Shown piece after piece: positions 30,429-39,737 of a stretch of 64,000 nt of DNA (positions within the stretch are counted from its first letter, which is position 1; every line of letters starts with the position of its first letter). This stretch comes from Desulfosoma sp. (lineage in GTDB: Bacteria > Desulfobacterota > Syntrophobacteria > Syntrophobacterales > DSM-9756). A program made the translations under genes and the position numbers. The stretch spans positions 46,569 through 110,568 of the forward strand of contig JBBFKW010000004.1 of assembly GCA_037481835.1 (NCBI GenBank). Reading direction: 5' to 3'. The notes beneath the pieces were generated by a model. That model did no database searches and had not been told where the DNA came from. It was given only the letters and a program-made list of their open reading frames with translations.

Positions 30429-31050
30429 TCCATTCCCCCCTCATCGTTGGCCATTCAGGGAAAACTCTAAAACCATTGTCGAAAAAGCATGTATCTATAC
30501 GTTCCCCGACGGGGCACCGTCAACCCCTAAGCCGGCATGGTTTCGAGCTTTGTCACAGCGGATGCCATCCGGCCCATCCCTGCGCCTGAGAAGCAGGCGT
30601 GTCCGAAATGGGCCCGAGTCGCAGTGGGCTCGCCCGCCATTTGCATCGCCCCGACGCGAACCCATCGGAGCCCATTGGTTTTCGACTGGGTCGCGGCGCA
30701 GTCCACATCCCGAAACGATCCTTTGGATCGAACGGCCACGCAAAGACGGTTGACGATGAAAATTGAAACATCAAGAGCCCTGAGCTCAACCCCATGGGTT
30801 CTGGCCGAAAAAAGGGCGGGTGCGTCGCCTGTGAAGGGGGAAAGGGCGGGAGCCGGGCGCGAGGGGGTTTTGCGCCCGAAGGATTGCGACTTTCTCCTTG
30901 CAAAAGCCTCGGGCCCATGCTAGAGGGTGCGTGAAATCTTTATCATGTCACGAGCTGCCGAGGAGGCAGTGCCTTCGGGATCGGGGGTTTTCACAACAGG
31001 GACAAGCGGCTGGTCACAAGGTCATCGGAGAAGCAGAAGGAGGCAAAGCG

Positions 31051-31362
31051 ATGAAGGTTTTCCTAGGCGGTCTTGCCGCAGCATTTTTCGGCATCATTGG
31101 TATTTTCATTTGGTTTAAGCCTTTCCTCAACCTGCTGGCGGGCGCCATCCCCTTGATGCTGCTCCTCGGCGGCGCCATGGCGGCCTACTTGGGCTACGAC
31201 GAGGTGAAGGATCAGCTCCCCTTTGGCAAGAAGAAAGAGGAAGAAGTCCCTCCGGCCGCTCCCACGGACGACCTTTCCAAGTACAAGGAAGAAGCGGAAA
31301 AGTACAAACAGGAAGTGGAAAAGCTCAAAGCCGAGCTGGAAAAGGCCAAGTCGGCCTCGTAA
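31051..31362 (+). CDS. Small membrane protein (2 TM helices plus charged coiled-coil tail)
   Basis: AAGGAGG RBS, strong codon bias, terminator follows. Confidence 0.8.
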   Translation: MKVFLGGLAAAFFGIIGIFIWFKPFLNLLAGAIPLMLLLGGAMAAYLGYDEVKDQLPFGKKKEEEVPPAAPTDDLSKYKEEAEKYKQEVEKLKAELEKAKSAS

Positions 31363-31389
31363 GGGCCGAAAGGGCCAGCGCTTTGTGTC

Positions 31390-31421
31390 AAAAGGCCTCC
31401 CGCGACGCGGGAGGCCTTTTT
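31390..31421. terminator. Bidirectional rho-independent terminator
   Basis: AAAAGGCCTCCCGCG-A-CGCGGGAGGCCTTTTT between convergent genes. Confidence 0.9.
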
Positions 31422-31456
31422 GCATCCGCCGCCCCGATCGCGGGCGGGTTCTTCTT

Positions 31457-33157
31457 TTACCGGTCAAACCCCTCCGCCGTATTCCCCACGGCCTTCCGCC
31501 AGATTTCGTAGGAACGGTATCCGCCGCTCAGGTTCTTGGCCCGGTATCCGTATTGGCGAAGGGCCCGCGCGGCCAGGTAGGAACGTTGCCCCACGTAACA
31601 ATAGGCCCAAATTTCCCGATCCTTGGGCAGTTCTTTCATGCGTTGCCGCAGGGCCCCCAGGGGGATATGGATGGCGCCGGGAATGTGCCCGCGCCGGAAT
31701 TCAAAGGGTTCGCGCACGTCCAATACCAGGACGTTTTCCGGAGGGTTGTCCATGTCTTGGGCGTGGACGACGTCCACATCGCCTCGAAGGACGTTGGCGG
31801 CGATCATCCCGGCAATATTCACCGGATCCTTGGCCGAACCGAACTGGGGGGCATAGCACAGTTCGGCCTCTTCGAGATCGAAAACGGTGCCGCCTTTTTG
31901 AACCGCCATGGCGATGACGTCCGTGCGACGCACCGCACCTTTCTTGCCCACGGCCTGGAATCCGAGGATTCTTCCGTCCTTTTTGGAAAAGATCAACTTC
32001 ATGGCGATGGTCTCCGCCCCCGGATAGTAGCTCGCATGGTGCCCCGGGTGCAGATAGACCTTCTCGCACGCGTACGGGTCATCCCACAGCCCCAGCGCCT
32101 TCAGCGTCTTTTCGCTGGGTCCCGTCATGGCCAACACCTGGTCAAAAAGCCCCACGACGGCCGTCCCTTGGACCCCTCGAAAGCGCGCATCTCGGCCACA
32201 AATGACGTCGGCGGCGATTCGGCCCTGTCGGTTCGCCGGCCCGGCCAGAGGCAGGAGGGTCTGGCGCCCCGTGACCACATGAACGACTTCCACAGCGTCT
32301 CCCACCGCCCAAATGGACGGGTCGCTGGTCTGCATCCTGTCGTTGACGCGGATGCCTCCGAGCGGGCCCAAGGCGAGGCCGGCATCGCGGGCGAGTTGCA
32401 CTTCCGGCCGCACCCCCACGGCCACGATGACCAGTTGGGCCCGGACGCTCTCCCCGGAACGCAGCCCCACCACCACGTCCTGCGCCCCCGCCTCCTGGAT
32501 GCGTTTCACCTCGGCCCCCAACCGCACGTCGACCCCTTTTTCGCCAAGGACTTCCTGCAAAGGCCAAACCATTTCGGGATCGCAGAGGGGCATGAGCTGG
32601 CGCTGCATTTCAATGAGGGTCACGTGCAGGCCGCGGCGCACCAGGTTTTCCGTCATCTCGATGCCGATATATCCCCCGCCGACCACCACTGCATTGCGGG
32701 CTTTTCTCTCTTCGATCATGCTCCGGATGGCTCGACTGTCTGGAATGGTGCGCACAAAGAAAACACCCGGAAGATCCAGTCCTTCGATGGGGGGCCGCAC
32801 CGGGGAAGCCCCCGGCGACAGGACCAAAGCGTCGTAGGATTCCTCATAGTCCCGGCTGGTTTGATGGTCCCGAACCAGGATCCGGCGACCATCCCGATCG
32901 ATGCCCATGACTTCCGAATGCAGGCGCACTTCGATATTGAACCGCTGTCGAAACATCTCCGGTGTGGCCACAAGGAGATGCTCTTCCCTGCGAATCACAT
33001 CCCCCACGTAATAGGGCAGACCGCAATTGGCAAAGGAGACGAAAGGCCCCCTCTCGAAGATGATAATTTCAACGTGTTCGTCCAATCGGCGGGCCCGTGC
33101 CGCACAGGAGGCCCCGCCGGCCACCCCGCCGACGATGCACAAGCGCTTCCCTTTCAT
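31457..33157 (-). CDS. CoA-disulfide reductase / NADH oxidase family flavoprotein with C-terminal rhodanese domain
   Basis: GGVAGGAS, SFANCGLPY, GGGYIG, LCYAPQF; rhodanese DVREP...YCYVGQRSY. Confidence 0.92.
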   Translation of the reverse strand: MKGKRLCIVGGVAGGASCAARARRLDEHVEIIIFERGPFVSFANCGLPYYVGDVIRREEHLLVATPEMFRQRFNIEVRLHSEVMGIDRDGRRILVRDHQTSRDYEESYDALVLSPGASPVRPPIEGLDLPGVFFVRTIPDSRAIRSMIEERKARNAVVVGGGYIGIEMTENLVRRGLHVTLIEMQRQLMPLCDPEMVWPLQEVLGEKGVDVRLGAEVKRIQEAGAQDVVVGLRSGESVRAQLVIVAVGVRPEVQLARDAGLALGPLGGIRVNDRMQTSDPSIWAVGDAVEVVHVVTGRQTLLPLAGPANRQGRIAADVICGRDARFRGVQGTAVVGLFDQVLAMTGPSEKTLKALGLWDDPYACEKVYLHPGHHASYYPGAETIAMKLIFSKKDGRILGFQAVGKKGAVRRTDVIAMAVQKGGTVFDLEEAELCYAPQFGSAKDPVNIAGMIAANVLRGDVDVVHAQDMDNPPENVLVLDVREPFEFRRGHIPGAIHIPLGALRQRMKELPKDREIWAYCYVGQRSYLAARALRQYGYRAKNLSGGYRSYEIWRKAVGNTAEGFDR

Positions 33158-33282
33158 AGACCGTCATCCTCCGTGATTTGAAAACGAACGGTTGGCCTTG
33201 GCATTTCTCCCCAACAACACTACAATCCCTCGCCAAAGTGCGCAAAAGAAAAGGCCGGTTTCCCGAGATGGGGCGGCGGGGG

Positions 33283-35097
33283 ATGACGCCATTGCAGCGG
33301 CACCGAAAAAGACGGTTTTTGCCCACACTCCTGGCGATGTCGGCCTTTTTGTTTCTCTTTCTTCACCATGGTTCCCGTGCCGCCTTCGCCCAACCTGTCC
33401 GCTACGAGGTGCGTTTCGACGACACCGTGGATGGGCGCTGGCGTGGGCCGCTCAGGGCGCTTTCCGACACTGCGGCCCTGGCGGCGAACGGAGCGGTTTC
33501 CTTGGCGCAGCTCAAACGCCGCGCCGAAAAGGATCAAGACCTTTTCCGCACCTATCTGCGGTCTCGAGGGCACTACGCGGGCACGGTGTCCTATCGCATC
33601 GACGAAAAGGCCGATCCCGTCGCCGTGATCTTTACGGTGGATCCCGGCCCCCTTTATCTCCTGGAAGAAGCTGAAATCGAGACGCCGGGCGTGGAGCCGG
33701 ACATTTTTCAGAAACTCGCCGAGGCCGTCCAGACCCTCCTTCCCGAAGGTTCCGCAGCCCTCGCCGAGCGGATTGTGCAAACCGACAAAGAGATTCTGGA
33801 GCTCCTCAGTCAGAACGGGTACCCCTTGGCGCGCATCGAGCAACGAAGAGTCATCGTCAATCACGACACCCGACGTGTCCTGACCCGGTATGCCGTGGCC
33901 CCTGGCGCGAAAAGCTTTTTCGGACCTGTAAGAATTCAGGGGCTTGAATCCGTCCGCGAAGAATCGGTCCGTCCTCGCATCCCTTGGAAGGAAGGAGACG
34001 TTTTCGATTCCCGGATGCTACAAAAGGCCCAGAACAATCTCATCCAAACGGAGCTTTTTTCGGTGGTTCGATTGGCCCATGCGCCGTCGGCGGATCCTGA
34101 GGGACGCCTTCCTGTGGACATAACGGTTGTGGAGAGAAAGCCCCGGACCTTCAAAGGAGGCCTTTTCTACGCCACGGACGTGGGCCCCGAACTCAATGTG
34201 TCCTGGGAAAACAGAAACCTTTCCGGGGGAAGGGCCAAGGTGGGGGCGGATTCTTGGCTTTCTTCCGAAAAAAAGATTTTGAAAGGCATTTATCTGTGGC
34301 GGGATTTCCTTCGCACGGACCAGTTCATCCAGGTGGACGGCAGATTGGCCGAAGAGGACTGGGACGCTTACTGGTCGCGCAATGTGGGCGCCGCAGTTGC
34401 CGTCAACCGGCAAATCAGCCCCTCCGTCAGAGCCGGGCTGGGATCCGGCTTTCGCCTTTCCAGTGTGGAACAGCGATCGGATCGGGAAACGTATGGTCTG
34501 GTCTTTCTCCCAGCCGTGTTCCATGCGGACACCACCGATAACCCTCTGGACCCGATGAAAGGGTTTCGCCTTAAGGTGCAAACCGCACCCTATTGGGATT
34601 TTACGGATACCTCCCTTTTTTTCTGGAAGAGTTCAACGGCCTTGAGCGCGTATTATGATTGGGCGGGTGACGGCCGATTCATCCTTGCCGGAATCCTGGG
34701 CGGCGGATCCATCGCCGGTGCGGCCTGGGAAGCGGTGCCGGCGGATGAGCGTTTTTACGTGGGGGGTGGCGGCAGCGTCCGCGGCTACGATTATCAAAGT
34801 CTCGGGCCTCGAAAGGAGGGCACGCCCCTGGGCGGCCGGTCCTACTTGTCCTGGAACGGCGAGCTGCGCTGGCGGTTTCGGGAACGCTTCGGCGTTGTGG
34901 GGTTTTTGGACGGGGGCACGGCCTACGAAGCCACCTTCCCCGATTTCAAACGCAGTTTTCGATGGGGCACAGGGTTGGGATTCCGCTACTATTCGCCGCT
35001 GGGCCCCTTCCGGATCGACGTGGCTTTCCCCTTAAACCGCCGAGCGGGCATTGACGATCCCTTTCAAATCTATGTAAGTTTGGGGCAAGCCTTTTAA
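33283..35097 (+). CDS. tamA: Omp85-family autotransporter assembly factor TamA (start 33268 or 33283)
   Basis: POTRA domains, RFYVGGGGSVRGY, GLGFRYYSPLGPFRID, C-terminal SLGQAF. Confidence 0.9.
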   Translation: MTPLQRHRKRRFLPTLLAMSAFLFLFLHHGSRAAFAQPVRYEVRFDDTVDGRWRGPLRALSDTAALAANGAVSLAQLKRRAEKDQDLFRTYLRSRGHYAGTVSYRIDEKADPVAVIFTVDPGPLYLLEEAEIETPGVEPDIFQKLAEAVQTLLPEGSAALAERIVQTDKEILELLSQNGYPLARIEQRRVIVNHDTRRVLTRYAVAPGAKSFFGPVRIQGLESVREESVRPRIPWKEGDVFDSRMLQKAQNNLIQTELFSVVRLAHAPSADPEGRLPVDITVVERKPRTFKGGLFYATDVGPELNVSWENRNLSGGRAKVGADSWLSSEKKILKGIYLWRDFLRTDQFIQVDGRLAEEDWDAYWSRNVGAAVAVNRQISPSVRAGLGSGFRLSSVEQRSDRETYGLVFLPAVFHADTTDNPLDPMKGFRLKVQTAPYWDFTDTSLFFWKSSTALSAYYDWAGDGRFILAGILGGGSIAGAAWEAVPADERFYVGGGGSVRGYDYQSLGPRKEGTPLGGRSYLSWNGELRWRFRERFGVVGFLDGGTAYEATFPDFKRSFRWGTGLGFRYYSPLGPFRIDVAFPLNRRAGIDDPFQIYVSLGQAF

Positions 35098-35121
35098 AAC
35101 CCTCTTCGGCTGGAGGCAAGG

Positions 35122-35661
35122 ATGCGCAAGCGAACGACGCTTTTCTTCTTGGCCTGGGCCTTGACCCTGTGTGCCCCCGCCGCGTGGGCCGCGGAAAAAC
35201 TGGAATTCGGGATCGGGGTGCGCTCGGGCTTTTCAGCCGTCAAGAAACAGGAGACGTTCCATATCCATGAGTTGATCGCCTACCACACGCTGCCGTGGGA
35301 TTGGCAATGGAACGGCGGCTGGGTTCTGGACACCTTTTGGGAAATCCATTTCGGGCTTTTGAGCGCGGCGGGCGAGGACCGCGTCTTGTTGTCCACAGGT
35401 CCCATGGTCACTCTGCAAACCCCTTGGAAATGGCTGTCCTTTATGGCCGCCGTGAGGCCGGCGTTTTTGGAAGATCACCTTTTCGGCAAGGAAAACCTCG
35501 GCGGTGAGATCCAATTTACGGAAGAAATCGGCCTCAACGTGGCCCTCAGCCGATACATTTCCATAGGGTATCGATTCCAGCACCTCTCCAACGCCAATCT
35601 TTACCAAAACAACCCCGGGCTGGACTTCCACGTCTTGGAAGTGCGGTGCCTCCTCCCCTGA
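35122..35661 (+). CDS. pagL: PagL-family lipid A 3-O-deacylase / acyloxyacyl hydrolase
   Basis: Signal peptide (AWA), LGG..QF, RFQHLSNA...NPG. Confidence 0.8.
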   Translation: MRKRTTLFFLAWALTLCAPAAWAAEKLEFGIGVRSGFSAVKKQETFHIHELIAYHTLPWDWQWNGGWVLDTFWEIHFGLLSAAGEDRVLLSTGPMVTLQTPWKWLSFMAAVRPAFLEDHLFGKENLGGEIQFTEEIGLNVALSRYISIGYRFQHLSNANLYQNNPGLDFHVLEVRCLLP

Positions 35662-35689
35662 TCGTGCGTGCGCACGGGTTTGAAAGACA

Positions 35690-38600
35690 ATGAAGCGGGC
35701 CCTTCGCGCGATGGCGGCTCTCGGCGGCGTTATCATCCTGATTGCCGCCGCGGCGTTCGGGGCCGCCCAGAGTCCCGCGGCCAAGCGGTTTTTCGCACGG
35801 GAATTGTCCAAGAGGCTTTCAGGCCCTGATCGAACGGTTGTCATCGGCACTCTAAGCGGGTGGATTCCCTTTGAACTGGGCGTGAGCGATCTGGAAATCC
35901 TCGATGCGCACGGACCGTGGCTCACCGTGCGCGACGTTTTCGTGCAGTGGCGCCCCACGGCCCTTCTTCGAGGGCGCATCCAAGGGGACCTCGTCACCGC
36001 CCGCGACGTTCATCTCGCCCGCCTTCCGTCTGCCGGCCGGGACCGCGAAGCTGTTGCCGATGAGAGCCCGGAGCAGGCCTTGCCCAACCTTCCCATGCCC
36101 ATCGTCTTGGAGCGATTCCTCCTGCACCAGGTGGTTGTGGACGCTCCGGTGACAGGGGTGCCTTTAACGGCCGCCCTTGAAGGTTCCATTGCCTTTCGGG
36201 AAAAGGATCGGGCCCAGGACGCCGTAATCAAAATGGTGGCACGCCATGCCCAGCGCGAAACGCTTCTCACCGCCCAGGCGACCTTGGCCCCGGAACAACC
36301 CCGTCTGCAAGTCCGGCTCACCCTTTCCGAACAAGAAAACGGATGGCTGGCGTCTCGCCTCGCCTTGAAAAATTTCGGAACCCTCCAAGGAAAACTCCAT
36401 GCCCGCCTGGATACCTCCCAGGACCCTTCGGGCACTCTGTGGATTGACGAACTGGAGTTCAAAGGTCGGGATGCGATAATGACGGCTCAGGGAGGCTTTC
36501 ATCCGAAAAGCCGGTCCTTGAAGCCCACTTCCTACCGGCTGGCAATCGACGACCTGAGCCTGCTCGGCGTGCTGACGAACGTCCCGCTGCGGGGCAAGGG
36601 AACCGCGGAAGGCACGGTGGAAGGTTCCTCAGCCGGCCTGCAAGGGGTCCTCGACCTTCGGGCGGATCAAGTGGAAACCCCATCCTGGAAGCTGCCCCAT
36701 GCGGAATCGCGCCTGAAATGGGCTCTGAAGCCGAACTCATCTTCCCCTTACCCCGAGGCCTCCGTCGATCTTCATGGGACGACTTCTTTTGTCCCCCTCA
36801 CAGGGAGCTCCCCACCCGCCCTGGAGGATCTCTCTCTGGAATTGACCGCCGCCCTTTCCGCCAGCGGAGGCCTGGACATCCAAAGGCTTCGGGTTTCTTC
36901 GCCCCATTTGGGTGAAACGGCCATGAACGGGCGCCTGCACCTTCGACGGCGCACAGCGGAAGGCCGAATCGCGCTCGATCTTTTTGATCTCTTCCCGCTG
37001 TCCACTCTCACCCCCAGGCCCCTGAAAGGAGATCTTCGCGGCGACGCCGCTTTTTCCGGCTCCTGGGACAACATGACCGTTCAGTCGACCCTCCACGGCA
37101 CAAGTTTCGCCTTCGGCCAAGCCCAGTGGACGGACTGGTCTCTGGACGTGCACACCTCAGGGCTGCCCCAAAACCCCACAGGGCGGATCACGTCCCGAGC
37201 CGTCTACAACGGCGGTCCCTGGCAGCTCGCTTTGAATTTCGCCAAAGAGGGTCCCTGGGTGCACGTGCAAAATCTATCTTTTCGATGCCAAGACGCCTCC
37301 GTGGAAGGATCACTGCGAGCCCACCTGGAAACCGCCTTGGCCGCTGGGTCCCTTCGCGTGTCTGTACCCAGGTTGGAAATCCTCTCCCCCTTTGTCCACA
37401 AAGACATCCGAGGTTCTCTCAAGGGCGCCCTGGAGCTTGAAGGTGAGGACGTCCAACAACAGCTCCGGGGGAACTTTACCGTCCGATCGGCGGCCTTCGA
37501 CGGCATTGGGATCGATCAGCTCCATCTCTTGGCGGAGTTGGAGGCCCTATCCCCGTCACCCCGCGGCACGGTGACGCTTGAGGTACGCAACCTGCAAAAA
37601 CCGCCGTGGACCGTGAGCGCCGGACAGGCGACAGCGAAGGGAGGCCCGGACGGGTTGACCTTTTCGTCGCGCGTCGAAGGAATGCTCAAACATCCCTTTT
37701 CCCTGAACGCTGCCGGGACAGCCCGTCTCGATACCGACAAGAAGGAACTGACCCTCACGGCCCTTTCCGGGACAAGCGGCCCGGCCCTCGTGGCCTTGGA
37801 AGGCCCTGCGCACCTTGAGCTCCATGAACGGGGCCTGGAAACATCCCTTATCCGAGTGCGCGTGGGGGAGGGTCGGGTTGACGGCCGCATTCAGTGGGTG
37901 GGGGAAAATCCCATGGCTTCGCTTGAAGTCCAAGAATTTCCCCTGGATCTTGTGCACCACTTCGGCGGGCCCGCCATGGAAGGACACCTCAACGCCAAAG
38001 GGATGCTGCGCCGGGTCCGGGGATCCCCGCAGGCGGAATTGAGCATTAGAGTCGGCGCCCTGCGAAGTCCCGCATGGTCGGCCGGGGAAGCCCTGTCCCT
38101 GAACGGTACGGCACGGGCCGATGGCGAAACGCTTCGTGTGGGCATGGAAGTGGACGGTTTGGGGCCCCAGCCGACCGTTGCGAACCTTTCCGTTCCCATC
38201 CGATTTCGAACCGATCCCTTGGATCTCGCCGTACTGCGAGAAAAACCCATGACGGGGGGAGCTTCCCTCGCCGTCTCGTTGGAGCGCGTGGGAACGCTTC
38301 TTGACGTGCAGCCCCACAAGATTCAAGGCCTGCTTGCGGGCCGGCTCGCCTTTTCCGGAACGTTCGACCGCCCGCTCCTCGACGGCGACCTCCGGCTGGA
38401 CAAGGGCCGCTACGAGCACGAAGACCTTGGAATTCTGCTTCAAGACATTTCGGCCGTTATGGACGGCAACGGCGAAATTTTGAACCTTCGGCAGTTCAAG
38501 GCGTCGGACGGCAAGAAAGGAACGATTCAAGGCATGGGAGAAATCCGCCTGGATCCCGGGGCTCGTTTTCCGTACCAGGCCACCTTGACCTTGGACGACC

Positions 38601-39550
38601 TTTCCCCTCTCCATCGGGATGACATCTCGGGAAACCTTAACGGAACACTCTCCCTCAGTGGCAGGGCCGAAGAGACGTCCATCAAGGGCTCCCTGAGGGT
38701 GCGCCCTCTTCGCCTCCGGCTTCCCGAACGTCTTCCCCCGGACGTGGTGAAATTAGACGTGGAAGAAATCGGCCAAGGGGCTCCGCCGGCCGGCCGCACA
38801 AGTCCCGGCGCGGCTCCGCGCGTCCCTCACCGGGTCCTTTTGGATATCGCCGTGGATTTTCCGGCCATGACCACCCTTTCGGGCTGGGGCTTGGAATCGG
38901 AATGGAAGGGGGCGCTCACGATTTCCGGCGAAGCCCCGAAACCTGTGGTGACGGGCGGCCTGCAGCTCCTTCGGGGACATCTGCTTTTTCTCAACAAGCG
39001 CTTTCGCCTCGCCCAGGGCGAGGTCTCCTTTTACGGGGACGTTCCACCCGACCCCGTCGTGAACGTCCTCGGGGAAACGGAACTTCGGGACATGACGGCT
39101 CAGGTGCGCCTCTCCGGTCGTGCCTCCAAACTCCAGCTGACCGTAGGATCCCGGCCCGAGCGACCCCAGGATGAGGTCCTGGCCCAGACCCTTTTCGGTC
39201 GGAGCGCCACCACCCTCAGCCCCTTCCAGGCTCTCCGGCTGGCTTCCGTCCTTCAGGCCCTTGCTTCGGGATCGGGCGGGGGTTCGACCTTCGACGTTTT
39301 GGGCAAAACCCGTGACCTTTTGGGCTTGGAACAACTGGAATTCCTTGGAACAGGTGTCGGCGAAGGTCTTCAGGTGGGCCTCGGCAAATACCTGGGCGAA
39401 AACGTTCGGGTCGACGTCAACCAGCGGCTCGAACAAGGCGATGTGTCTCTAAGGATCGAGGTGGAAGTCACCCCAAATATCACCCTGGAAACGCAGGCCG
39501 GCACCCAATCGCGCACCGGCGCCGGAGTTTTTTGGAAATACGACTACTGA
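35690..39550 (+). CDS. tamB: Translocation and assembly module TamB (DUF490)
   Basis: N-terminal TM anchor, long beta-rich body, P.DEVLA..LFG, GKYLGE, C-terminal WKYDY. Confidence 0.88.
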   Translation: MKRALRAMAALGGVIILIAAAAFGAAQSPAAKRFFARELSKRLSGPDRTVVIGTLSGWIPFELGVSDLEILDAHGPWLTVRDVFVQWRPTALLRGRIQGDLVTARDVHLARLPSAGRDREAVADESPEQALPNLPMPIVLERFLLHQVVVDAPVTGVPLTAALEGSIAFREKDRAQDAVIKMVARHAQRETLLTAQATLAPEQPRLQVRLTLSEQENGWLASRLALKNFGTLQGKLHARLDTSQDPSGTLWIDELEFKGRDAIMTAQGGFHPKSRSLKPTSYRLAIDDLSLLGVLTNVPLRGKGTAEGTVEGSSAGLQGVLDLRADQVETPSWKLPHAESRLKWALKPNSSSPYPEASVDLHGTTSFVPLTGSSPPALEDLSLELTAALSASGGLDIQRLRVSSPHLGETAMNGRLHLRRRTAEGRIALDLFDLFPLSTLTPRPLKGDLRGDAAFSGSWDNMTVQSTLHGTSFAFGQAQWTDWSLDVHTSGLPQNPTGRITSRAVYNGGPWQLALNFAKEGPWVHVQNLSFRCQDASVEGSLRAHLETALAAGSLRVSVPRLEILSPFVHKDIRGSLKGALELEGEDVQQQLRGNFTVRSAAFDGIGIDQLHLLAELEALSPSPRGTVTLEVRNLQKPPWTVSAGQATAKGGPDGLTFSSRVEGMLKHPFSLNAAGTARLDTDKKELTLTALSGTSGPALVALEGPAHLELHERGLETSLIRVRVGEGRVDGRIQWVGENPMASLEVQEFPLDLVHHFGGPAMEGHLNAKGMLRRVRGSPQAELSIRVGALRSPAWSAGEALSLNGTARADGETLRVGMEVDGLGPQPTVANLSVPIRFRTDPLDLAVLREKPMTGGASLAVSLERVGTLLDVQPHKIQGLLAGRLAFSGTFDRPLLDGDLRLDKGRYEHEDLGILLQDISAVMDGNGEILNLRQFKASDGKKGTIQGMGEIRLDPGARFPYQATLTLDDLSPLHRDDISGNLNGTLSLSGRAEETSIKGSLRVRPLRLRLPERLPPDVVKLDVEEIGQGAPPAGRTSPGAAPRVPHRVLLDIAVDFPAMTTLSGWGLESEWKGALTISGEAPKPVVTGGLQLLRGHLLFLNKRFRLAQGEVSFYGDVPPDPVVNVLGETELRDMTAQVRLSGRASKLQLTVGSRPERPQDEVLAQTLFGRSATTLSPFQALRLASVLQALASGSGGGSTFDVLGKTRDLLGLEQLEFLGTGVGEGLQVGLGKYLGENVRVDVNQRLEQGDVSLRIEVEVTPNITLETQAGTQSRTGAGVFWKYDY

Positions 39551-39551
39551 T

Positions 39552-39734
39552 TCAACGCCCGTCGCGGCCTTTGCGTTCAGCCCAGGGTTTGCCGCAATGC
39601 GGGCAAGGGCGGTCTTCGGCCCATCCTTCAGGAAGCACGGCGCCACAGGCGCGGCAGCTCTCCCGTCTCTTGGGCTTCGACGGTTTCTTTCCGGGCCGTA
39701 AAAGCATCATCAGGCTTGCCAATAATCCGCCCAT
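39552..39734 (-). CDS. Putative 60-aa zinc-ribbon microprotein
   Basis: CRAC-x13-CPHC; starts 3 nt after the kef stop and fills the gap up to the tamB stop. Confidence 0.5.
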   Translation of the reverse strand: MGGLLASLMMLLRPGKKPSKPKRRESCRACGAVLPEGWAEDRPCPHCGKPWAERKGRDGR

Positions 39735-39737
39735 CCA

